A stretch of 64,000 bases of DNA from Dendrobates tinctorius (Eukaryota), in NCBI RefSeq assembly GCF_039654945.1, contig NW_027361723.1, forward strand, positions 2,790,001 through 2,854,000, in the 5' to 3' direction. The notes below the pieces were generated by a model. That model saw only the letters and a list, made by a program, of their open reading frames with translations. It did no database searches and had not been told where the DNA came from. Shown piece by piece: positions 12,731 to 25,144 of the stretch. Position numbers and translations under genes: made by a program. Position 1 is the first letter of the stretch, and the number at the start of each line of letters is the position of its first letter.

Positions 12731-13794
12731 TTTTTGCAATCCTAGTGCCCGCAGTTCCAGGGCTGATCAGTGTCAACTCCGCTTCCAGCAGTGATCGGAG
12801 CGGACGCCACACGGAGACCCGGTAACCTTATACAAGGGCGGCTCCGTGTGGGCTCCGCATCCAGCACAGATCGGATGATACAATCCGCACATGTTCTACC
12901 AGGAGGAGCCCGATGTGCTGAACCCGGGGAAATGACGAGCAGCAGATACAGGAGCAATAAGGGGTTAAACGGAGGAGGAAGCACGTCTATCGGTGATTGG
13001 TCGATTCCTGTGGGCGGGGCTTTAGATCCGTTTGATAATTTGAATCTCCCGCTCAGTCGTGTTCTCGGCGCTCGATCATTAACCCTTCAGTGACTGTGCT
13101 CTGCTTGTGGAAGAGACACCATTTCCCGATCACTGTCAGGAGTGAGCGGCCATTATTCCTGTGGACCTTGCGGTAAAGTGAGACTGTATTAACCCTCTCA
13201 CTCCCCAGACCGGTGCCGGCTGCTCATTATCTCACCAATCACAGTTATGGATATTTTATGTAGGCATCTTGTATGCGAGACGTCTCCTCCTCTGGAGGAT
13301 GGAGCTCCCACACTCCGCAATACACCGGCTCCGGACCCGCGTCATCTCCAGTCCTCTCTCCGGTCCGCCGGGCTCGGATGACGGCGCTGTACACTCCGGG
13401 GGCGGATTTCCCCTCTGTTCTCTCTTCAGGCTCCGGTTAATGATAAATAAGAAAAGACACAAGCAGCCTCCCCCGTCATGAGGGGAACGAGCCGCTAATG
13501 TCCGGCTGAATCCATCAGCCCCGGCACAGGAGAGCGCTGCCGGCTGGAGCCGCACAGTCCTCGGTATTAGGAGCAGTCAGGAAGTCACGGTCAGTGTCCA
13601 CATGTAGATGGTAAATGAGGAGGGAGACAGTGATGAGATGCAGGCGCTGGACACCGGGAAGCCGCCACTAATAAGGGGGCGCAGAGTCACCGGTACAGGA
13701 TGTGACCGCTCCGCACTGGATTTACACCGATCCTGAGAAATAGGATCTGACCCAACTCCCTCACCTCAATCATCCGATACCAGGAATTGTCGCT

Positions 13795-13866
13795 TCTCCA
13801 GGACACATGTGGGCGGCTCTGAGAAGAGCCTGGGGGGTGAGGATGGAGCGGAGAAGCATTAACACC
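13795..13866 (-). pseudogene. Orphan H4 3' end (stop codon, 3'UTR and stem-loop) without CDS
   Basis: Minus strand gttaatgcttctccgctccatcctcacccccca GGCTCTTCTCAGAGCC gcccacat matches the H4 3'UTR at 8735-8792. No H4 codons lie upstream. Confidence 0.85.
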
Positions 13867-14337
13867 CCCATATAGTGCAGTATTCATCTAAATAGCGCTG
13901 TGAAGCTCGATATACTGCTGTGTACAGGGCTGCAAACCTCCTGTAATGCAGAACCCCCACACACAGCTGTAAACCTTCCATATAGAACTAGATAAAAAAA
14001 TGGCTGTTTGCGGCCATTTAATGCTCAATACCCGCTATATAGCTACGACTCCCATTAATACACTGCAGTGTACCCTCAGAGTGCATTAAATGTCTATACT
14101 GTGATGTAGCCTCTATAAAGCGCTCTAGATATTTCATCCATACAGTAATTCATGACCCATATAGCGCTGTATATCCAGGTAACCATCTGTTTTAACCGCT
14201 GATGTCACATAACACCGCAAAATACACGCAATCTCCCTCCCTGGCCACATCACACAGTGGAGATCATAGCTTTTTCTTAGTAGATGTGGGCGGCTCTGAT
14301 AAGAGCCTTTGGGGGGTGAGGATGGAGCGGAGACGCA

Positions 14338-14673
<336 letters not shown>

Positions 14674-16024
14674 CTATGACTAATGAGCGCAGAGTCCTTC
14701 TCCTTTATATAGAAGAATGCAGACCGGAGCGAGGACTGGCGAGATGACGTGTTCCGGGGCGGGATTTCAAGTATGGAATTCGCAGTTAGCTCCTCCCCTT
14801 CTCCTCTGATTGGCTGCGCACAGGACAGTTGGCGATTTTGAATTCCCCGCTCTTATTTTGTAGTTTTTCCCGCTTCTGTATTTGTGTAACATAAGAGTCA
14901 ATAAAACTCCTCATCTCGGCGCCGCTGCTGCTCGGAGACACAAAATTATTTGTTTCTCCATTAATGTCAATGTGAGATTCAGGCTGGAAATTAATCAATC
15001 TCTGGGAGATCATCATCGATCAGACGCCTCCACCGGTCTGGAGAGGAAAGGGTGGGTGACGTCAGAGGAAAATCAGCTGCTGCCCGGTAAGTTACCTGGT
15101 TGTCTCCACACACGGATCTGTGATGACCTTTCCTATAGAGAAATCATGCGGACAACCTCTAATGACCGCAGAGAAACGGAGCAAAACTCCGCCGTCAGGA
15201 ACCAACCAAACCGCAAAAACGACTTCCACCTCTATTTAACGCTCACATGCGATCACCACATCCAGCTGATCACAGACTCCTGTATAAAGGGGACTAAATC
15301 TCAGAAGAGACAGAACAATGTCGGACTACAGACCTCTGACCGTACAGGAACGAAGAGACCTCATGGATTGGTCTTCCTCTGACAATGGAGGCATCAGGAC
15401 CCCGGAGCAGACCTCAGTCACAGGGCAGTGAAGCCCCCGCCCTCCTCCTGGACGAGCTGCTGCAGGGTTTATGGCCACAGCTGCTCCTCTCCTCACAGTT
15501 CTGCTTCTCATCACTCGTCTTCTCGGCTGGATGATTTCTGTGTTGTGGATAAATAGGAGACTCCTCAGATCGTTACCCGCAGCCTGATGAACAGACCTGA
15601 GGAGTCTCCACAGCTGCAATCCACCAGCTCTTCACTCCGCCATTAAGGTCTCAACCTCTGAGGACATAAACTGTAACACTTCATCCAGCTGTAACTCCAG
15701 GGTAAAGTCTCCATGTGGCGACAAGTCTCTGGAGCTGCGGATACTATGGCTGTGGATGGGAGGAAGTGTGGAGCATGCGGGGCTGTCAGTACATTCCTCT
15801 CACTACCACCCTCATCATCCTCACCTCCAGCCCTGCGCTTCATAACTGCAGATGTAAGTGGTGTCTGTCTCCCGCCCCAGTGCGCAGGAGCTGCCGGTCA
15901 GGAGAAACCGCTACAGATGTGAGATCAAGACAAGGACCTAAAAAAAAGCAGCGGAGGAGCAGCTCTAATGGTGAGGGGGTGGGCGGCTCTTAGAAGAGCC
16001 TTTGGGGTGATGGCGGAGCNNNNN

Positions 16025-17135
<1,111 letters not shown>

Positions 17136-18063
17136 GCGCTGCCGCCGATCCCACCTACACAACCAAAGGCTCTTCTAAGAGCCACCCACCCCGTCACCAC
17201 CAGAGCTGACGCCGCTGATCTCGGGTCCTCACATTCCAGACACCACGGGCTGCCGCCACCAGTCTGTAGGTTGCTGCGCACACTGGAATCCGTTGTGCGG
17301 TTTCTACCCAAAACACTGGAGTGTCGGGAGATGAATGGGATAATATCATATGAAGCCTCAGACCTGTGGGGGGAGAGGAGTCCCTCATTAGTGTCTGATC
17401 CTCCGGCCCCTGACATCGCTGTGGAGATAACACGCAGTGATCACGTATCGGGGGGGGAGTTGGCGGCCGCTGCCGGCGATTCTACACATCAGTGACTGCG
17501 GCTCCTCCCGGAGGACGAACCCGTGATGGCGGCTCTGGAGGGCTGGACTCAGCGCGGTTCTCGGGTGACCGGATTGTGATCTCCACTGTCAGCCGTGACC
17601 GGTAATAATCCTCCGCGGAACAAGAGCGGGAACTTCAAATCCCCCAACGGATCCTGTGATCAGACAATGAGCGGGAATCCTCGGTAAAGCGCCGTCCTCA
17701 CTGACGTACATAGACGTCTTTCCTCCTCCGTTTAACTCCTTACTTGCCGTGTTGCTGTTCTCCCCTTATTTAGCAGTGTCCACAGATGCGGCACCTTCTC
17801 CCCAGCCCCCTCCAGCGCTCACATCGGGCTCCTCCAGAGCATCTGCTGCTTGCAGCCCCCTGTAATCACTGCAGACACAACTGGGAGTCCTGATAATACT
17901 TACTAAAAGGGTTAACCCCACAATAGTGTAGTGTAATCAGCCGCAGGCTTCACTGAACAAATACTAAGTAACGCAGAAAAATAAGAATTAATAAAGCCAA
18001 TAAACCACGAATCCTCCTGCTTTTCTTTCATTGCTAAAATATCACAGATCAAAGCATCATACC

Positions 18064-18310
18064 TAGTGAGGAGCGAGCAGTAAAGAGCTCGGGTGCTCGT
18101 TCGGGTTGAGCAAATTTGAATACTCAGGTACTTGGACAGAACAACGAGCCCAATGTAAGTGCATGGGAGACCTCAGCATTTCTACATGGATCCCCCCCGA
18201 GGGTCCTTTTCAGGTCTAAAAACATCTGAAAATGATGGAAACACTGCTGCAATGACAGGGGACATCATGGGGATCACCCCTGGAAGCATTCCTGACTCCT
18301 AGGTCACGGC
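18064..18310. mobile_element. Truncated hAT-type MITE (TAGTGA.GAGCGAG terminus)
   Basis: The terminus resembles the TAG(T/A)GTTGAGC ends of the other hAT elements here and is followed by ctcg/cgag subterminal repeats. The other end is not seen. Confidence 0.45.
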
Positions 18311-18444
18311 TTTATCATTGTAGCATTTACCAACCCTAGGTGGCCATGTGGTGTGTGACACATAAGCAGACACATCTTGTTTCATTTATGAGGAGGGACT
18401 CTGAAAGACAAGTGTAAAGATCGATGTTTCAAATATATCCCTAC

Positions 18445-21031
18445 TAGTGTTGAGCATTCCGATACTGCAAATATCTGGTATCGGCCGATATTCGCTATAT
18501 CGGAATTCCGATACCGAGTACCGATATTTTTTCAATATCGGAATCGGAAGTTCCCATAATGCAAAGAGCCACTGCTGTGGCTCTGATTGGCTGCCGAAAT
18601 GATGTCATCATGATGCGCCGTCAGTTCGAGCCTTCCGGGGGAGGGGGGGTCTTTGCAGACTGCCCGGGGTTCTGTGCGGACTGCCGGGGTCCGTACCGGC
18701 CTCCCGGTGGTCTGTGCCGACTGCCCTGGGGGCTGTGCCGGCCTGCCGGTGGTCTGGCCGACTGCCCGGGGGTCTGTGCGGACTGCCGTGGGTCTGTACC
18801 GGGCTGCCGGGGGGCTGTGCCGACTGTCCGGGGGTCTGTGCAGGCTGCGGGGGTCTGTGCAGGATCGTCCGATGGGACTACAAGTCTCATCGGGCGATGC
18901 CTGCTACCATGACGGTGATTGACACATTAACCAATGATGGGACAGTAGTAGTCCCATCATCCGGCCTATGTGTTGAATGTAAAAAAAAAAAAACATACTA
19001 CATACATGCAACATGCATACTACATATATACCACATATACCGGGTGTTAGGGTCGGCGGAACGCACCAGATATAAATAATGGAAGGCGCGTTCGCCGCCC
19101 GGGGTCCACCGTGCGGTAGATGACAAGACCGCTGCTGGACAATGGCAGATACGCTAGAAGTGCGAAACAGCGCTCGGGTTAACGTCACCCGAGAGCGGAC
19201 TCTGTTTAGTCACAGAGACGCCAAAGTATGAACTAGACGTAAAGGCTGAACCTGTTAGCTGCACAGGTCAGCCGGCGTGTGGCGTCGCAGCTGCGAACAC
19301 CAAAAGCTGCTACTACTGCAGCGCGGCCGTAACTGAAGCCGCTAAGCGACGATGCCGGAGGAGCCGGGCACCGACGGACGCTAGTGTAGGTGAGGAAGGC
19401 TCAGTGGCGTGTAGCCTGCCACAATCTGGAGCTGACTAACCCAACATACTGTCACCATTCGTAATATCCGAGGGAAGGGGTTTCATAATAAGTCAGACAC
19501 CAGTCCATGCATCCATCACCATACACACACAGAATAATATGCTACACTAGCGCATGGCCGAGCCGCCATGCAGGCTTTTTATAGCCATGCGCTTCCGGGA
19601 CCTTCCAGTACTATAGGAAGGACCAATCAGATCCGACATAGGACCTTCACATGTGACCCCTGCTCTCCACTGAGAGGACAAGTTGCGGGCATGCCCAGTC
19701 GCACGGCGCGAGGACTTAGCCTCTAGAGCAGTTCCCTGCAAAGCAGGTTGCGTTATCATTGCTGCACCAGAGGTGGCAGCAACATCCAGGCTCACAGAAC
19801 GAGTCTGCGGGGAATGCCTGGTTCGCCGAGATTGCTGAGCAGGAGTCCGAGCGGTCGGAGGAGAATGGGAGACCGCAGGATGTCTGGCTCTGGATTCCTG
19901 CTGTGCAGTGCCAGGAATCCGACGCCTAACACCGGGGGTCTGTGCCAACTGCCCGGGGGTCTGTGCTGGCCTGCCGGTGGTCTGTACCGGCCCACCGGGG
20001 GGCTGTGTCGACCGTCCGGGGGTCTGTGCAGGCTGCAGGGGTCTGTGCAGGCTGCGGGGGTCTGTGCAGGATCGCCCGATGGGACTACAAGTCCCATGGG
20101 GCGATGCCTGCTACCATGACGGTGATTGACACATTAGCCAACGATGGGACAGTAGTAGTCCCATCATACGACCTATGTGTTGAATGTAAAAAAAAAAAAT
20201 ACATACATACTGCATATATACCACATGCATACTACACATATACCGGGAGTCTGTACAGACTGTCTGGGGGTCTGTGCAGGTTGCGGGGGTCTGTGCAGGA
20301 TCATCCGATGGGACTACAAGTCCCGTCGGGCGATGCCTGCTACCATGACGGTGATTGACACATTAGCCAATGAGGGGAGAGTAGTAGTCCCATCATCCGG
20401 CCTATGTGTTGAATGTAAAAAAAAATGCATAATACATACTACAAATATACCAGCCCCCCGGCAGAATGCTCAGACCCCCGGACAGTCGGTACAGACCGCC
20501 GGCACAGTGGTATATATGTTGCATCCATGTAGTATGTATGTTGCATATATGTAGTATGTATTTTTTTTTTTTTTTTACATTCAACACATAAGCCAGATGA
20601 TGGGACTACTACTGTCCCATCATTGGCTAATGTGTCAATCACCGTCATGGTAGCAGGCATCGCCCGATGGGACTTGTAGTCCCATCAGACGATCCTGCAC
20701 AGACCCCCGGACAGTTGGCACAGACCACTGGCAGGCCGGCACAGCCCCCCGCAGCCTGCACAGACACCCGGACAGTCGGTACAGACCACCGGCAGTCCGC
20801 ACAGACCCCCAGGTAGTCGGCACAGACCCCTGGAAGATCCGTACACCCCCCCCCCCCCCGAGAGGCTGTACAAGGAGAGAAAAGGGTTTCTCTTATTCCG
20901 ATACCGGAAGTCCCATAGACTTGAATGGGACTTCCGGTATCGGAATCGGCGATACCCGATACTTTTTTCGTATCGCGCCGATACCATCCGATCCGATATT
21001 TTAGGGTATCGGATAGTATCGCTCAACACTA
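18445..21031 (+). mobile_element. Non-autonomous hAT element (family 2), TSD ATCCCTAC
   Basis: TAGTGTTGAGC...GCTCAACACTA with a perfect 8-bp TSD (18437-18444 / 21032-21039). CCGATA subterminal arrays match the ends of 36297-51393. Confidence 0.93.
19045..19931 (-). mobile_element. Solo LTR (887 bp), TSD CCGGG
   Basis: TGTTAGG...CCTAACA termini with a 5-bp TSD CCGGG on both sides. TATAAAAA on the minus strand at ~19577-19583. Confidence 0.85.
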
Positions 21032-23127
21032 ATCCCTACTTAAAAGTGTGTGTATTTTACATGTGCGGCAGGTTGGGCTAGTAGAGTAAACCAGATTTAT
21101 TTGTACTGATTTTACTCTGGGGGGCGCCATTTTGTAGTTCGCCTCAGGCAGCAGAGAGACTAGGTTGACCCCTGGGGCAAGAGTAACATAGTGTTACATA
21201 AAAAAGACAAATGTAATAACAAAAGTCAAAATCAATGTGTAGAACTTTTATTTTTAAAATTTTATGTTTGATTTTAACACAAAGCAGAAATTAGAAGGCA
21301 AAGGAGGCTTTCATCAATGTTTTCCTAAAATACAGTACATTGGATTGGGGATAAGAGGCTGAACACTGGACTAGAGGAAGGGGCTCAGGGAGCTCTAATT
21401 GTCCATGGGGGCACACAATCCCTGCTTTGCCCCAAGGTACTTGATGCCCATAATTTAGGTTACTTTATGGTTTCTACATGGAAGTCAATTAGGTTTATAA
21501 TACACCTGACAGAGAACCTGGAGAACAATCCTAACCGCATCCTGCCCGCAAAGCTGAGGGTTTACCACAGTGGTATCCTCCGTGGGGTAAACACATGACG
21601 ACATATCTCTGCTCAGAATATTGTGTTACACTCTATCAGTCTGTTTCCCACAGAGGATTGTCTGGATACGATTGCAGCAATCCCTCAGCTGTGAAAAGTA
21701 TAAAGCTAATCAAGACTTTTACTCTGCAGATGTGAACAAGATTCTTTTCATTCATTGAAAGAGGAAGCAGAGCTTTCAGAAATGGGAAGAAAAATGAAAT
21801 CTAGGTCCATGAAGTTCCGATCTCTTTATTTCTGAGTTGTGCTGGTGTCTCACGTCTGCGGTTACAGGACTGAGCTCTTCAGGATTGTCAGGAGTAGAGT
21901 TGAGCGACTTTTGGTTTTTTAGGGTCGCGTTTCGTTTCGTGATACCCGACTTTTCCAAAAGTCGGGTCGAGCAAGATCGTCCGATTATAGGGAAAAGTCG
22001 GGGTCGTCCCGAAACACGAAACCCAATGTAAGTCAATGGGGAATAAAAGTCGGCAGTGTGAGGAGGACAGGAAACACACCTACAGTGCCCATTTGAATGC
22101 CAAATGCATCAATTCTTCTTACTTAAGCTTGTCAACCTTAATTAACTTCATAATACATGTTACGCACTGAAAAATGGGGGTTATTTGGCTAAAGTTGTGG
22201 GGGGGGAGGGCTGGCTCCAGGTTTTCATGTGCCCTGGGCGAAAGAGCGCCCCTTTAACACATAATACCACAACTCATGATGCTCCGATACGGCAGAGAAA
22301 TAGCGGTATAGTACAATGAAAAATACTTCACTTTTTACATCTCATGACGAGGCCCATCTATTTCTCCATACAGAATCATTGGTCCCATATAATGTTTGAA
22401 ACAGTATATGATGAGCTCCACATAATGCTACAGTATATGTTGGTCCCCATGGATGAAGCTCCACTGTCTTATGGGCCCAAATAATGCTCCAAACATAATG
22501 GGCCCCATTTCTAATGCTCTAGTGTATAATGGGCCCTGTAAATGCTGCTCCAGTGTCTGATGTCCACCTTTGGAATGTTCCAGTGTATCATTCTCCAGAG
22601 TATAGCGCTCCTCAAAAATTGCTGTCCCAACATTGAAAACAATGAAATAAGTCTCCTCGCTAGGGAATCCCTGTACTTGTCTGGACTCCTCGTCGTCCCC
22701 ATCTTCCATCTCACTGCACAGTATTTCAACCTTGCAAGTGCTGTGATCCTGAGCAAGCAGGGGGGGCTCACTCGTTGGTGACGGCACTGGCACAGGGCCT
22801 CTGATAGTACGGTGGTGTGTCTGATGGCGGGTGGGCCGAACCTGCACTTTCATCTGCAGCTTCCTCTTTGTCACGGTGTAAGATGGAACTGTATATGGGA
22901 AGGGTAACCTGAGTTTCATCAGGGTCAGATTCAGGCCGTGTAGCGTGCGAGGGGAATGTAGTGGTCTGGGTCAATGTACCAGCAGATTCATCGAGCAGTG
23001 GCTGGGCATCAGTGCACTTGTGTCGCCCCCAGGAGTACGGTCGCCACAGTGGCATTACCTTCCTCCTAGGGAGTGTGATGTCATGCTTGGGAGCAACGAA
23101 CGATCTCTCTAGCAGGTTAACTGATTG

Positions 23128-23599
23128 GGCGGCGTTATTCCCACGAGTCATGACCCTCCAAACAGCGTTCATGAAGGCAAAGTGTTTGTTTTACGTGGGC
23201 AGTAAGGTTGCAAAGCTGAACCTTAAAGGAATGTCCAGAAGGGCACCACCAGGAGTGGAGCCTAGGGTTAAATTCGACTCCACCTGGGAAACCTCAAACA
23301 TGCCAGCTACAGAACAGATGCACACATTGCAAGCTTAATTCCGTTAACGAACGAGACTCCGTCATGCCCCGCGGTCCGAGTCCGGCTTACTAGAGGGACA
23401 CGTGAGTCTCTGGCACATGAGATTGGCCAATAACTGGTGTGTCATGCCCTTACATGTCCGTGGCTGCATGTGCGCTACACTGAAAAGGCCAGCGTTTGTC
23501 GCTTACAGGTGCAGATAACCCGCTGAACAACGTTAGTGATGGTGATCACTGATTACAATTATTACCCGCGAACAATGATTTCCCAGGAAGTGCAGGTCA
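23128..23599 (+). pseudogene. Degenerate 18S rRNA fragment carried inside hAT copy A
   Basis: Colinear 18S landmarks: GGCGGCGTTATTCCC, GTTGCAAAGCTGAA.CTTAAAGGAAT, GAAGGGCACCACCAGGAGTGGAGCCT, GGGAAACCTCA, TTAATTCCG.TAACGAACGAGACTC, TAGAGGGACA, CAATAAC.GGT.TGT.ATGCCCTTA.ATGTCCG.GGCTGCA.G.GCGCTACACTGA, TTCCCAG.AAGTGC.GGTCA. Confidence 0.92.
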
Positions 23600-23710
23600 A
23601 CTGAAGTTCCGGAATTAGGCCTAACCGTCATTCCTGAAAAAATGAAAAACTTACGTGTGCAAACCACAGGTGCTGTAGCTTGCTTAACAGCTCGCCAGCT
23701 GTTCTCACGC

Positions 23711-24722
23711 CCAGTATGGATTACACGTGATTGCACAAAGGTGAGAAAGGGTACCGTATCCCCAGATAACATGTATGGATAGCGTACACATTCAAAATAT
23801 ATGTCTCAGGAGGCAGGCTCAGATGGTGTTAGGCCCAGTATGGATTGCACGTGATTGCACAAAGGTGAGAAAGGGTACCGTATCCCCAGATAACATGTAT
23901 GGATAGCATAGTGTACACATTCAAAATATATGTCTCAGGAGGCAGGCTCAGACGGTGTTAGGCCCAGTATGGATTGCACGTGATTGCACAAAGGTTAGAA
24001 AGGGTACCGTATCCCCGGATAACATGTATGGGTAGCGTACACATTCAAAATATATGTCTCAGGAGGCAGGCTCAGACGGTGTCAGGCCCAGTATGGATTG
24101 CACGTGATTGCACAAAGGTTAGAAAGGGTACCGTATCCCCGGATAACATGTATGGATAGCGTACACATTCAAAATATATGTCTCAGGAGGCAGGCTCAGA
24201 CGGTGTTAGGCCCAGTATGGATTGCACGTGATTGCACAAAGGTTAGAAAGGGTACCGTATCCCCGGATAACATGTATGGATAGCGTACACATTCAAAATA
24301 TATGTCTCAGGAGGCAGGCTCAGAAGGTGTTAGGCCCAGTATGGATTGCACTTGATTGCACAAAGGTTAGAAAGGGTTCCGTATCCCCGGATAACATGTA
24401 TGGATAGCGTACACATTCAAAATATATGTCTCAGGAGGCAGGCTCAGACGGTGTTAGGCCCAGTATGGATTGCACTTGATTGCACAAAGGTTAGAAAGGG
24501 TACCGTATCCCCAGATAACATGTATGGATAGCGTACACATTCAAAATATATGTCTCAGGAGGCAGGCTCAGACGGTGTTAGGCCCAGTATGGATTGCACG
24601 TGATTGCACAAAGGTTAGAAAGGGTACCGTTTCCCCGGATAACATGTATGGATAGCGTACACATTCAAAATATATGTCTATACATCAGGAGGCAGGCTCA
24701 AACGGTGTCAGGCACAGTATGG
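23711..24722. repeat. 124-bp tandem array (~8 copies) in the 3' region of hAT copy A
   Basis: Units start cccagtatggatt at ~124-bp spacing (seen in the ORF track as 23974, 24098, 24222, 24346, 24470). Confidence 0.95.
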
Positions 24723-25144
24723 ATTTGACGGCCCAGATTACACAGCGGAGGAGCAGGGAGAGGTAAAGATTGCAAATGCTGGGGCCCTGCCCAAGCAAGG
24801 GGGGCCCACTCGTGGGCGTCGGTACTGGCACTGGGCCCCTCATAGTACAGCGGTGTGTCTGACGGCGGGTGTGCACCACCACCGTCAGAGACACTTGATT
24901 GCATTATGAGGGACCCTGTGCCAGTGCCCGCGCCCAAGAGTCGGCCTACCCACCTGTCCAGGGCAACGGCACTCGCACGGTGTCGTGCGCTAGGTGGTGA
25001 CCCCGGCCATGGGGGGGGAGGCAGCACAGTTAGGGAGTTTTAGAAAGTGGCATATGTTGATGTTGGACATTCAGCTTATGCAAAAGGCGAAATAGGTGAA
25101 GTCCCAGGAAGAGGTGGACCAAAGCAAGCCATTTTTCTGTCACC

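Noticed and set aside
15326-15720. Possible degraded coding sequence between H4 and H2B (minus strand HGDFTLELQLDEVLQFMSSEVETL...)
   Set aside because: In-frame stop and no family I can recognise. A tBLASTx search would be needed.
23128-23599. Functional 18S rRNA gene
   Set aside because: Partial, internally deleted, mutated at universally conserved positions, and without ITS/5.8S/28S context.
23711-24722. CRISPR-like array or tandem 61-aa genes
   Set aside because: Head-to-tail units have no unique spacers, there are no cas genes and the context is eukaryotic. The same applies to the 62-, 41- and 130-bp arrays.
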